In this document: piece by piece, positions 18,056-27,233 of the stretch
How the letters are laid out: the number at the start of each line of letters is the position of its first letter
How positions within the stretch are numbered: the first letter of the stretch is position 1
Origin: Nanobdellota archaeon
GTDB taxonomy: Archaea > Nanobdellota > Nanobdellia > Pacearchaeales > GW2011-AR1
DNA length: 43,710 bases
Direction of reading: 5' to 3'
Assembly: GCA_028867075.1 (NCBI GenBank)
Contig: JAGWGZ010000003.1
Coordinates: 1 to 43,710 of the forward strand
Translations under genes and position numbers: made by a program
The notes under the pieces: model-generated
What the model was told of the DNA's origin: nothing
The model's input: only the letters and a program-made list of their open reading frames with translations
The model's database searches: none

Positions 18056-18933
18056 AACAGCAAAAGACCCATGTTTCAAAGAAGAAAATAGAATCGGTCA
18101 GGGAGCTTTCAAGACTACTTGAAAAAAACAGAACAACTCTTATCGCTTCCATAAAGAATATACCGGCATCTCAATTCCAGGAAATCTCAAAAAAACTGAG
18201 GGGCAAGGCAGTTATAAAAGTCCCGAAGAAGAACCTCACATTAAGAGTGTTTAACTCTTCAAAAGATGAAGATATCAAAAAGCTTGATGAAAAAGTTGAT
18301 GATAGTGTTGCAATAATCTTCTCTGAATTAGATCCCTTTGATCTTGCGCTTGAGCTCATGCAAAACCTGAGTTCTGTGAAGGCAAAAGCAGGGCAGGTTG
18401 CAACAGAAGACCTGGCAGTTCCTGCCGGGCCAACAGATCTTGTTCCGGGCCCGGCTATAAGCGAACTCGGAGAACTGGGAATCCCGATAATGATTGACAA
18501 GGGAAAGATAAGCATCAAAGAATCCAAGGTCGTTGCCAAGAAGAATGAGAAGATATCCCGGGGCGCCGCAGAGATTCTTGGAAAGCTGGACATAAAGCCA
18601 TTCAGAGTGGGATTCATTCCGCTGTCTGCATTTGATTCAAGGGATAAAAAACTGTATGCTGAGATAAAAATTGATAAAGAAGGGACACTTGCAGACCTGA
18701 AGCAGAAAGCCGGCAAGGCTCTCGCATTTGCATTAAAGATTGGATATACTTCAGAAGACACAATAAAGATACTTCTTTCAAAAGCAGCCGCAGAAGCGAA
18801 GAAGATAAACAGAATAATAACGGGTGAGTCGGAAGAGGCTCCTGTTGTACAACCTGCGGAAGAAGAAAAAGTAAAAGAAGACAAGGAGGAAAAAGTGGAG
18901 GCAACAGCGGGCCTCGCAAGCCTTTTTGGATAA
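18052..18933 (+). CDS. rpl10: 50S ribosomal protein uL10 (P0)
   Basis: AGPTDLVPGPAISE; C-terminal GLASLFG. Confidence 0.96.
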   Translation: MKQQKTHVSKKKIESVRELSRLLEKNRTTLIASIKNIPASQFQEISKKLRGKAVIKVPKKNLTLRVFNSSKDEDIKKLDEKVDDSVAIIFSELDPFDLALELMQNLSSVKAKAGQVATEDLAVPAGPTDLVPGPAISELGELGIPIMIDKGKISIKESKVVAKKNEKISRGAAEILGKLDIKPFRVGFIPLSAFDSRDKKLYAEIKIDKEGTLADLKQKAGKALAFALKIGYTSEDTIKILLSKAAAEAKKINRIITGESEEAPVVQPAEEEKVKEDKEEKVEATAGLASLFG

Positions 18934-18934
18934 A

Positions 18935-19120
18935 ATGAACGACATAGAAATAGACTACGAAACAATGAGGGAAATATTGGTTTCAGAAAGAAATTCCCTT
19001 TACAGAGAGAATTTGGAGATGAGGGATGAAAAAACCGAATCAAGGCTACAAATGCTAACCCGAGAGATAGTGATACTTACAGACTATATTCACCAAAATA
19101 AATTCGGAGAAACAGCCTAA
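18935..19120 (+). CDS. Small hypothetical helical protein (61 aa) between rpl10 and rpl12
   Basis: ATG 1 nt after the rpl10 stop; stop overlaps the rpl12 start (TAATG). Confidence 0.6.
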   Translation: MNDIEIDYETMREILVSERNSLYRENLEMRDEKTESRLQMLTREIVILTDYIHQNKFGETA

Positions 19121-19413
19121 TGGAGTACGTATATGCGGCTCTTTTGCTGCACAAGCTTGGCAAAGAAGTTAGCGAAGAACATCTGAGAAAGGTCATAGAG
19201 TCAGCCGGCGCTGGCGCTGATGAAACTCAGATAAAATCGTTGGTAGCTAGCCTGAAAGGCGTGGACATTGACAAGGAACTTGAAAACGCAACCCTTGCAA
19301 TGAGCAGCGCACCGGCACCAGCTGGTAGCCATGAACATGCGGCCAAAAAAGAAGAGCCAAAAGAAGAGAAGCATGAAAGCGCAGCAGAAGGACTGTCTGC
19401 ATTGTTCGGTTAA
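19120..19413 (+). CDS. rpl12: Stalk protein P1 (archaeal L12)
   Basis: MEYVYAALLLH...GLSALFG. Confidence 0.97.
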   Translation: MEYVYAALLLHKLGKEVSEEHLRKVIESAGAGADETQIKSLVASLKGVDIDKELENATLAMSSAPAPAGSHEHAAKKEEPKEEKHESAAEGLSALFG

Positions 19414-19464
19414 ATTTTTATTAATAAAATGCAGAACAGCCCGCTTGGATATTTGTAAAAGCAG

Positions 19465-19608
19465 ATGAGTAAATCACAGGTATTGATGATGCTTTCCGGA
19501 GGATCGTTTCTTGCAATTTTATTTACGCCTGCCGGAACCAACTATTGGAAATATCTTTTAATACTGGGAATTCTTCTTGGAATAATCTGGCTTGGAAAAA
19601 GAGATTAA
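19465..19608 (+). CDS. Putative 47-aa two-TM membrane microprotein; not in the ORF track
   Basis: MSKSQVLMMLSGGSFLAILFTPAGTNYWKYLLILGILLGIIWLGKRD fills the rpl12-tRNA gap. Confidence 0.5.
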   Translation: MSKSQVLMMLSGGSFLAILFTPAGTNYWKYLLILGILLGIIWLGKRD

Positions 19609-19680
19609 ATCAGATTTTAATTATAAGGTGCAGTTTTTTAAGAGAAAGTTTGATAAATAAAGATATCTGCTTGTCTTCAT

Positions 19681-19791
19681 GCCTCAGTAGCTCAGCCGGA
19701 AGAGCGCTTGCTTCGTAGCATACCAGCAGATTGAAATTCCTGCAATTGCAGAAACAGCAAGAGGTCGGGGGTTCAATGCCCTCCTGAGGCT
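19681..19791 (+). tRNA. tRNA-Thr(CGU) with 38-nt intron at 37/38 (19718-19755)
   Basis: GCCTCAG/CTGAGGC acceptor; CTTGC/GCAAG anticodon stem interrupted after TT-CGT-A. Confidence 0.9.
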
Positions 19792-19801
19792 CTATTTAAA
19801 A

Positions 19802-21727
19802 ATGTGGAACTTATACTCTGATTCAGGATTTCTTGAACCTCTTAGATTTTCAAATGAAAAGACGCAGGAGGATATTGTAAGGGAAGTTATTGAGCTGATA
19901 GAAAAAGGCGAAAAAATTATTTTTATAAGAGGCATGTGCGGAACGGGAAAGAGTGCCATTGCTCTTAACATCGCGCGAAATCTTGGGAAGACTTCAATAG
20001 TTGTTCCTGGAAAGAACCTGCAAAACCAGTATAAAAAAGATTATGAAAAAGAAAAGTATTTGCTGAAAGACGATGGGGAAAAGCTCAGGATAAGCATTAT
20101 CACAGGGAGGAATAACCATGAATGCGCATTCATAAAAGACAATGAATCTGCAATTCCCAGGATACAACAGGAGATCAATTCCAAGCTCAGCGACGTGTTC
20201 GCGCCATCCGAAAGAGATGAACAAGATATAAAAAGAGATAAATCTGCTGACAATCCGGAGCTTCCGTGCAAGATAGAAATAAAAGAGAAGAACTTCAGGA
20301 AGATAAGAGAATATCTAAGAAAAAACAAGAATATAAATCCGGGAAATATCCTGCAGATAAATGATGTAAAGAGGCTTCCACTTGCAAGTGTTTGCCCGTA
20401 TTGGTCCCCGGTGTTGCCGGAGATATACGAGCCCAAGAATCTTGATTACACCCGCAAGAGAGAGTATCTTGGTCTCAATGGAACCAAGTTTATAATTTAC
20501 CAAAGAAGGCCCGGATGCGGATTTTACGAACAGTTTAACTCTTACATTGATTCTGATGTCATAGTCTTTAACTCCCTGAAATACAAATTAGAATCAGCAC
20601 TGAACCGAAAGCCGTTCACAGAGGCGGAAATCATCGATGAGTGTGATGAATTTCTCGACGGATTTACTAATGAACGGCACATAAATCTTGACAGGCTACA
20701 GAACTCTCTCATCCATCTGGCTTCGCAGGATGAAAAGGCAATAAAAACTGCCGAAGAACTCAACAGTATAGTCTCCTATTTAAGAATAAATGAAGAAATC
20801 AGAGAAGCAATTCTCTCTGGCGATGCTCTTGCACTCAAAAAGACAGGTCTTTACGATTTGCTGAGGATCTTTATTGACTCAAAAGAATTTCTAGAAGATT
20901 TAGATGAGGAAAGTTACCTCTTTGAAATTGAAGAAACAGCAAGAATGTTTGAGGATTTCATGAATGAATCTTTTGTTATATTCTCAAAAAAAGACGGAAA
21001 CACAGTCGCGAATATTGTGACAACAAACCTTTCAAAGAAATTTCAGGAGATGGTAAATAAAAACCAGATTATCATACTGATGTCAGGGACATTACATTCC
21101 GAGAAAGTCCTTAAGGAAATTTTCGGACTGAATAAGTTCAGCATAGTTGACGCGGAAACAAAACAGCCCGGAACAATTGAGGTCCAGAGAACAGGCATGG
21201 AATTTGACTGCAAATATGAGAATTTTTCAGGAGGGAAGTTTTCTCGGGAAGATTACCTGCGTGCCCTGGATAAATGCATCGCAGTTGCAAAGAAACCTGT
21301 TCTTATACATGTAAGCGCCTTTTCAGATTTACCGACAGAATGGGAGATTTCTGAATTAAATCTGGAAAATCTGCAAAGCAAAGAGAGCCTGATTCAGGAA
21401 CAAAGCGAGGATAAAAACGGGGAGATGATCCAGAAGTTCAAAAGAGGAGAGACTAAGGTTTTATTTACAACAAAATGCGCGAGAGGCGTTGATTTCCCGG
21501 GAGAGCAGTGCAACAGCATTGTTTTCACCAAGTATCCAAACCCAAATCCATCAGAACCTTTCTGGAAGATTCTGAAGAAGACAAACCCGAACCAATACTG
21601 GGATTTCTACAAGGACAAAGCAAAACGTGAGCTGCTGCAAAAAGTTTACAGGGGCACAAGATTCATGGGCGATCATGTTTTCCTGCTGAGCCCTGATGTG
21701 CGGGTGCTGAGAGAATTTGAGGAATAA
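19802..21727 (+). CDS. SF2 helicase, XPD/Rad3/DinG-like
   Basis: GMCGTGKS Walker A, IIDECDE, MSGTL, RGVDFPG; four Cys between motifs I and II (possible Fe-S ligands). Confidence 0.85.
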   Translation: MWNLYSDSGFLEPLRFSNEKTQEDIVREVIELIEKGEKIIFIRGMCGTGKSAIALNIARNLGKTSIVVPGKNLQNQYKKDYEKEKYLLKDDGEKLRISIITGRNNHECAFIKDNESAIPRIQQEINSKLSDVFAPSERDEQDIKRDKSADNPELPCKIEIKEKNFRKIREYLRKNKNINPGNILQINDVKRLPLASVCPYWSPVLPEIYEPKNLDYTRKREYLGLNGTKFIIYQRRPGCGFYEQFNSYIDSDVIVFNSLKYKLESALNRKPFTEAEIIDECDEFLDGFTNERHINLDRLQNSLIHLASQDEKAIKTAEELNSIVSYLRINEEIREAILSGDALALKKTGLYDLLRIFIDSKEFLEDLDEESYLFEIEETARMFEDFMNESFVIFSKKDGNTVANIVTTNLSKKFQEMVNKNQIIILMSGTLHSEKVLKEIFGLNKFSIVDAETKQPGTIEVQRTGMEFDCKYENFSGGKFSREDYLRALDKCIAVAKKPVLIHVSAFSDLPTEWEISELNLENLQSKESLIQEQSEDKNGEMIQKFKRGETKVLFTTKCARGVDFPGEQCNSIVFTKYPNPNPSEPFWKILKKTNPNQYWDFYKDKAKRELLQKVYRGTRFMGDHVFLLSPDVRVLREFEE

Positions 21728-21728
21728 A

Positions 21729-21808
21729 CGCCCCCGCCAGGAATCGAACCTGGAGGCCCATAGGGCCCGGTTCTCAAGACCGGTGCAATACCATTATGCG
21801 ACGGAGGC
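21729..21808 (-). tRNA. tRNA-Ser(UGA)
   Basis: CCGGT-CT-TGA-GA-ACCGG anticodon arm, long variable arm GCCC-TAT-GGGC, discriminator G. Confidence 0.95.
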
Positions 21809-21853
21809 TTATACCCATCTGTAAGAATTAACAGGATTAAAAAATCTTTGTGA

Positions 21854-22135
21854 TCACCTGCGGCCAAACAACTTTTTCCAAAACGATGGTTTGCTTGACT
21901 TCACAAGGCGGTTATTCTCATCATAAATCTGATAAGTTATTTTTGGTTTCTCCTTTTCCTTTTTTGCTTTCTCTTCTTCTGCGAGTTCTTTCAGTGCTTG
22001 ATCCAAAGCTCTATCAATGACAACATCTGAGTAACCCTGGTTCAAAAGAGCTGTTCTGAGAGACTGTTCTTTGTATCCCTTGGACAAAGTTCTCTTTAAA
22101 TGGTTGACAAAATCTCTTCTGTATCCTTCCCCCAT
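21854..22135 (-). CDS. Small hypothetical helical protein
   Basis: KGY...L..AL..QGYS...I..A pattern; amphipathic FWKKLFG tail; upstream TATA. Confidence 0.7.
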   Translation of the reverse strand: MGEGYRRDFVNHLKRTLSKGYKEQSLRTALLNQGYSDVVIDRALDQALKELAEEEKAKKEKEKPKITYQIYDENNRLVKSSKPSFWKKLFGRR

Positions 22136-22173
22136 AAAAAATTAAAATACCGGCACTTTAAAAATTTAAGCAA

Positions 22174-23205
22174 TCATTCGGCTTTTATCAAAAGCCCGGA
22201 GAACCTCTTGTTTCTGTAAATTTCAAGAAGGATAAGCAGGTATGCAATTATGAGCGGCCCCAGAATAAGTCCCATGACTCCAAAGAAGATTATTCCTCCG
22301 ATAGTTCCAAGAAGTGCAAGTAGGGAATTCATCATCAATCTTCTAGATATCACAATAGGCCTGAGGAAATTGTCAACAACTATTGAAGCTATTCCGAAGA
22401 TAGTCACACCCACACCTGCGAGATTATTGCCCGTGACTACAAGATAGACAGCAACCGGCATCCATACAATCGAGGGCCCAAGTATTGGAAGCACTCCTGC
22501 AAGAATCGCAAGTATCATAAGGAGCAGTGAATTCTGAACCCCAAACAGGAAAAATCCCAACCCTGCAATCAGCCCCTGGAAGAACCCGATAACTATCTGA
22601 CCGTAGAGAACTGAAGCGGTTACGTCCTTGGTCGCCTTGAGAAGTTTTTCCTGAACATCTTTTGGAAATGGGAGGATGCTTTTGAGATACTCTATAAATT
22701 CTTCTTTATCGCGCATTACGAAAAAGAAGGTAAACAAGACCACAGTCATCTGCAGAAGTATTACTGGAATGTCAAGGAGAAAGTTGAAAGCAGAGTTAAC
22801 CATCCCAGTGGTCACATTTGTTATGAATGTGTGGAGGATGGAATCAACTTCGCTTGGGAAGACTCCTGTGCTTGAAAGTGACGGGAACAGGTTCTTGACG
22901 GGAGTTACAAAATCAATTTGCTGTGCAAAAGTGAAAATTTTTATTGTCTCGTTAATCATTATCGGGACCAGGAAGATTGACGGCACTATCAGCACTATGA
23001 GAAGTATTGCAGTGATTATTGTGGATGAGAGATTTTTTGACTTTATTTTCTTGCGAATCAGGTTGTAAAACGGCGCGAAGATAAATACCAGGACAAAACC
23101 GAGAATTATCGACATCAATATTGGTTTGAGTAAGAAAAAAGATAATACTGAAAGAGCAATTAATATTGCCGCTACAATTATCTTTTCTAAAGAAGTTTCT
23201 TCCAT
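22174..23205 (-). CDS. AI-2E family transporter
   Basis: FFVMRD, LPILGP.IVW.P, DNFLRP, GG...FG..GLILGP. Confidence 0.92.
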   Translation of the reverse strand: MEETSLEKIIVAAILIALSVLSFFLLKPILMSIILGFVLVFIFAPFYNLIRKKIKSKNLSSTIITAILLIVLIVPSIFLVPIMINETIKIFTFAQQIDFVTPVKNLFPSLSSTGVFPSEVDSILHTFITNVTTGMVNSAFNFLLDIPVILLQMTVVLFTFFFVMRDKEEFIEYLKSILPFPKDVQEKLLKATKDVTASVLYGQIVIGFFQGLIAGLGFFLFGVQNSLLLMILAILAGVLPILGPSIVWMPVAVYLVVTGNNLAGVGVTIFGIASIVVDNFLRPIVISRRLMMNSLLALLGTIGGIIFFGVMGLILGPLIIAYLLILLEIYRNKRFSGLLIKAE

Positions 23206-23286
23206 TTTGCCTCTTGATTATAGAGAGCTGTAAATTTATAAAGGTTTTTAGAAAAAATTTAAAAGATAGACTCTTCACTAGATATC

Positions 23287-23994
23287 ATGAATTTCATTGA
23301 AAAGATTTTTCTCGGCAAAACAGATGGCCTAGTGCATCTGCAGTTTCAGAAGTTTAGCAGGGGTGAATTTAGCAATAGGGCATTAATTAATACAAAAAAG
23401 ACAGGAAACAAGTATATGATTTCTACGAGTGCTGAATTTGCAAATGAACTTGTGAGGGATGTTGCAGGAAAACTTGGAAACAAAAAGACTAAAATCACAG
23501 GGGCAATAATCTCCACTAATGATTTCACGGGAAAGCTGGATTTCAAAGACAAAAAACAGTTTCAGGGCGTGAAAAGTTACCTCATTGAAAAGGAAATGTC
23601 TGGGGATGAAATAATAAAATTACTTGATGAATTTCCAAAGGCATTTTTTGCACTTAGTTTTGAAACGAGCGAGACAAAATTGAAAATAAAGGCTAAAGCG
23701 CCAAAATCCGGAAAACCCAAGAACAAGGAAGATGAAAAAGTAAAAGCAGATTTCTGCAAGCTCATAACAACCGATGAAAAACTCGGAGAAGGATTTGTCT
23801 TTGAGAAAAAAGACTTCAAAAAAGCAGACATCTCGCATACGTTTGTGATAGAAGAGATAGTAATTCCTGAAAATCTGAAAAAATCAGAAGACTTTCAGCT
23901 CATAAGAGAGGAATCAAAAAGGAAGGGAAAGATAATAAGAGAGGCTGAAATTGACGGGAATAAGATAAGAAAGGAAATGAATTTTGAAGCTTAG
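23287..23994 (+). CDS. Hypothetical protein upstream of rpl3
   Basis: 235-aa Lys-rich ORF with its own TATA; no family recognised. Confidence 0.75.
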   Translation: MNFIEKIFLGKTDGLVHLQFQKFSRGEFSNRALINTKKTGNKYMISTSAEFANELVRDVAGKLGNKKTKITGAIISTNDFTGKLDFKDKKQFQGVKSYLIEKEMSGDEIIKLLDEFPKAFFALSFETSETKLKIKAKAPKSGKPKNKEDEKVKADFCKLITTDEKLGEGFVFEKKDFKKADISHTFVIEEIVIPENLKKSEDFQLIREESKRKGKIIREAEIDGNKIRKEMNFEA

Positions 23995-24071
23995 AAAACC
24001 TTTAAAAAGCCGCTTTTCTCAATAAATACATTCCAGGGTAAGTAAAATGTTCTTCGCTAATATATTGATAA

Positions 24072-25028
24072 ATGGCACCACCAAGAACACCAAGAAGTGG
24101 AAGTTTGCAGTTCTGGCCGAGAAAGAGGGCCAGTAAATTCCTGCCTAGTGTAAACTGGAGTGTTTTAGAAAAATCAGATACAAGTTCTACAAGGGGGCTG
24201 AGAGGATTCATCGCTTACAAGGCCGGAATGGCTTCTGGTTTTGTTCTTGATAATACGCCGGATTCAATGACCAAAGGGAAAAAGATCATAATCCCAATTA
24301 CAATTCTTGAATGTCCTAAGGCAAAGATACTCTCTGTAAGATTCTATAAGAACGGAAAAGTTATGAAAGAGATTCTCTCAAAAAATCTTGACAAAGAATT
24401 AAAGAGAAAGCTAAGGCTTCCGAAAAAAGAGCATGAAAATCTTGAGAATGTTAAAAATTATGATGACGTGAGGACTATTATCTACTCTGTTACAAAAAGC
24501 ATTGGGGTGAAAAAGACTCCTGACCTAAGCGAGATTTCATTAACAGGAAGCTTGGATGATAAGATGAATTTCATAAAGGCAAATCTTCAAAAAGAAATTT
24601 CTGTATCTGATGTCTTTGAGGCCGGAAAGCTCATTGATATTCGCGGTTTGACAAAAGGTAAGGGTCTGCAGGGGCCTGTGAAAAGATTTGGAATAACATT
24701 AAAGTCCCATAAATCAGAAAAAGGACAGAGAAGACCGGGAAGCCTGGGGCCGTGGCATCCTGCAAGAGTAACCTTCAGGGCTCCGATGGCAGGACAGATG
24801 GGAATGTTTACGCGGGTTTTGTATAATAACAAGATAATTGAAATTGGAAATGGTGAAAAAAATTCAAAATTAAAAAATATAAAGAATTTTGGAGATATCA
24901 GAGCAGATTATATTCTGGTAAGAGGCTCTGTACAGGGTCCTGCAAAAAGGCAATTGCTCCTCACCCCTTCATTCAGAGAAACTAAAAAACAGGCTAAGAA
25001 AGACTTCCAGCTTTTGGAGATAAGATGA
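24072..25028 (+). CDS. rpl3: 50S ribosomal protein uL3
   Basis: PRSGSLQFWPRKRA, TKGKG.QGPVKRFG, GSLGPWHP. Confidence 0.98.
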   Translation: MAPPRTPRSGSLQFWPRKRASKFLPSVNWSVLEKSDTSSTRGLRGFIAYKAGMASGFVLDNTPDSMTKGKKIIIPITILECPKAKILSVRFYKNGKVMKEILSKNLDKELKRKLRLPKKEHENLENVKNYDDVRTIIYSVTKSIGVKKTPDLSEISLTGSLDDKMNFIKANLQKEISVSDVFEAGKLIDIRGLTKGKGLQGPVKRFGITLKSHKSEKGQRRPGSLGPWHPARVTFRAPMAGQMGMFTRVLYNNKIIEIGNGEKNSKLKNIKNFGDIRADYILVRGSVQGPAKRQLLLTPSFRETKKQAKKDFQLLEIR

Positions 25029-25819
25029 AGACACAAATCTTAAACCATGACGGAAAATCGATAAAGGAAATTGAAATGCCTAGTTTCTTCTCTGCAAAAA
25101 TCCGGGAAGACATTGTCTCAAAGGTTCTTGAAGCAATGAAGAAAAAACAGCCTTATGCGCCTTCGCCCGTTGCGGGAAAACAACATGCTGCAAAGGGAAA
25201 GATTGTTCACAGGAGGCATGTGTGGAGAAGCGGTTATGGAAAGGGAATATCCCGTGTACCGAGAAAGATATTTTCAAGAAGAGGGGAGCAGTTCAACTGG
25301 GAGGCTACGGAAGTTCCAAATGCGAAAGGCGGAATCAGAGCTCACCCTCCAAAGGTTCTGTCAATGATTGAACTCCCAAAGATTAATAAAAAAGAAATGA
25401 AGATTGCGTTTACCTCTGCATTAAGTTCAACAGCAAACATCAATGAGTTAAAAAAGAGATACAAAACTCTTGGGGGAATGAAGGTTGAACCACACTTTCC
25501 GATGATCATATCCGAACTTGGTTTTAAGAAAACAAAAGATACAGTTTCTGCAGTGAAGAACATTCTCGGAAATGAACTCTTTAAGATTGCGCTTCCTAAA
25601 AAGAAGATCAGAAGCGGGAAAGGAAAAATGAGGGGAAGAAAGTACAAAACAAGTGCCGGTCTTTTAATAGTTCTCTCAGACAAAGAAAAGATTAATTCAA
25701 ATGTCTTTGATGTAAAAAAGGCAAGAGAACTCAGCTTAAATGACATAGAGCTTGGGAGGCTCACAATTTACTCTGAAGGTGCAATTAAAGAATTGGGGGA
25801 AAGAATAAATGGAAAATGA
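25025..25819 (+). CDS. rpl4: 50S ribosomal protein uL4
   Basis: GKGISRVPR, GG.RAHPPK, GKGKMRGR. Confidence 0.96.
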   Translation: MKTQILNHDGKSIKEIEMPSFFSAKIREDIVSKVLEAMKKKQPYAPSPVAGKQHAAKGKIVHRRHVWRSGYGKGISRVPRKIFSRRGEQFNWEATEVPNAKGGIRAHPPKVLSMIELPKINKKEMKIAFTSALSSTANINELKKRYKTLGGMKVEPHFPMIISELGFKKTKDTVSAVKNILGNELFKIALPKKKIRSGKGKMRGRKYKTSAGLLIVLSDKEKINSNVFDVKKARELSLNDIELGRLTIYSEGAIKELGERINGK

Positions 25820-26072
25820 AAGAGAAAAAATAAGGATGAGGCCGATAATTACGGAAAAGGCAGTTATGCTCATAGAATCTCAGAATACCCTCACATTCCA
25901 AACCGGAATAGGGACAAATAAAGAACAGATGAAGCGGGAAATTGAAGAGATGTTCAGCGTGAAAGTTGAATCTATGAGGGTGATGAATAAGAAAGGAAAG
26001 AAATATGCCTATGTTAAACTAAATGCCAAGACTCCTGCAATTGATATTGCAACGAAGCTAGGGATGATATAA
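25809..26072 (+). CDS. rpl23: 50S ribosomal protein uL23
   Basis: PIITEKA, K.AYVKL, A.DIATKLG. Confidence 0.96.
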   Translation: MENEREKIRMRPIITEKAVMLIESQNTLTFQTGIGTNKEQMKREIEEMFSVKVESMRVMNKKGKKYAYVKLNAKTPAIDIATKLGMI

Positions 26073-26073
26073 A

Positions 26074-26781
26074 ATGGGTAAACGAATAATACAGCAGGCA
26101 CGGGGACATGGAAGCTTCCCTTACAGGGTAAGAAAGCAGGCATTTAAATATAAGATACAATATCCAAGCAAACTAGAGGGGGATGGAATTGTTCTGAAAC
26201 TTCTCAATTCACTTGGCCATTTTGCACCTTTGGCAAAAATAAGGTATAATGGCGGAATATTTTATATCCCTGCATTTAAGGGGATGGTTGAGGGGCAGAA
26301 GATTAATTTTTCAAAATCAGGAGAGAATGTTGAAAATGGAAATATTCTTGCACTTAAGGAAATTCCGGTAAAAACACAGATATACAGCATAGAAGCACGA
26401 CCGGGGGACGGGGGAATTTTCATAAAAACTGCCGGAACATATGGGACGGTCAGCAAAGTACTCGGAGAGAGAATATTCATTTTAATGCCGTCAAAAAAAG
26501 AAAAAGAATTCAACCCCAACTGCCGTGCTGTTGTGGGAATAATCGCCGGTTCAGGACGATTGGAAAAACCGGTAGTAAAAGCAGGAAAAAAGTATTATAT
26601 GAAAAGATCCAAGGGCGGAAGAATGTGGCCCCGAACATCTGCAGTCAAGGTGAACGCAGTAGACCATTACTTCGGCTCTGGAAGAGGAAAGAATCCAAAG
26701 AGCAAGATTGCAAAGAGAAATGCACCTGCCGGAAGGAGAGTAGGTTTATTAAGACCAAGGAGGACAGGACATAAGAGATAA
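26074..26781 (+). CDS. rpl2: 50S ribosomal protein uL2
   Basis: MGKRI.QQARG.G, PGDGG, NAVDH.FG.G. Confidence 0.97.
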   Translation: MGKRIIQQARGHGSFPYRVRKQAFKYKIQYPSKLEGDGIVLKLLNSLGHFAPLAKIRYNGGIFYIPAFKGMVEGQKINFSKSGENVENGNILALKEIPVKTQIYSIEARPGDGGIFIKTAGTYGTVSKVLGERIFILMPSKKEKEFNPNCRAVVGIIAGSGRLEKPVVKAGKKYYMKRSKGGRMWPRTSAVKVNAVDHYFGSGRGKNPKSKIAKRNAPAGRRVGLLRPRRTGHKR

Positions 26782-26782
26782 A

Positions 26783-26830
26783 ATGAAAAATAAATTTTTC
26801 AAAATACAAAAATTAGGAGATTTTGCATAA
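26783..26830 (+). CDS. Putative 15-aa bridge/leader peptide [15 protein letters not shown]
   Basis: ATG 1 nt after the rpl2 stop; TAA overlaps the rps19 ATG; similar to 31651-31722. Confidence 0.55.
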   Translation: MKNKFFKIQKLGDFA

Positions 26831-27231
26831 TGGAAGCAGAAGTAAGGAAAAAAGAATTTATGTTCAGAGGAAAGACGCTAGAGGAGCTTAATGCACTTGA
26901 AGTCAGGGAATTTGCAAAATATCTAAAAGCGAGAGGAAGGCGGGCAGTCTTGAGACAGTTCAATGAAATTGAAAAGTTCATAATGAGGGCAAATAAAAAG
27001 CTCTCAAAAAACAAACCGATAAAAACACACAGTAGAGAAATCGTTGTGGTTCCGAAAATGGTTGGCATGAAGATACAAATTCACAATGGCAAAGGATTTG
27101 AGCCAGTTGAAATAACAGGAAATATGCTGGGCCATAGATTGGGAGAATTCGCACTGACAAGAACAAAAGTTAAGCATGGAAGTGCTGGTGTCGGAGCAAC
27201 TAAAGGAAGCAAATTTAAGTCGAAAAAGTAA
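26830..27231 (+). CDS. rps19: 30S ribosomal protein uS19
   Basis: [26 protein letters not shown]. Confidence 0.97.
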   Translation: MEAEVRKKEFMFRGKTLEELNALEVREFAKYLKARGRRAVLRQFNEIEKFIMRANKKLSKNKPIKTHSREIVVVPKMVGMKIQIHNGKGFEPVEITGNMLGHRLGEFALTRTKVKHGSAGVGATKGSKFKSKK

Positions 27232-27233
27232 AA

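Noticed and set aside
18171-19043. 290-aa antisense ORF (also 33892-34641 and many shorter ones)
   Set aside because: Shadow frames of well-supported ribosomal protein genes, with Ser/Phe-rich mirror composition
19429-19464. Short ORF MQNSPLGYL* in frame with the 47-aa microprotein, suggesting readthrough or recoding
   Set aside because: The stop is TAA, and all three stops terminate conserved genes normally in this window
21729-21808. Possible selenocysteine or suppressor tRNA (long arm, TGA)
   Set aside because: Anticodon UGA reads the Ser codon UCA; 7-bp acceptor stem; ordinary tRNA-Ser
19681-21808. Integrated element bounded by tRNAs
   Set aside because: No integrase and no duplicated tRNA 3' end; both tRNAs are complete and different
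24019-24068. Possible structured rpl3 leader (TCAATA/TATTGA, ACATT/AATGT)
   Set aside because: Short AT-rich stems expected by chance; the 5' arm may lie upstream of the TSS
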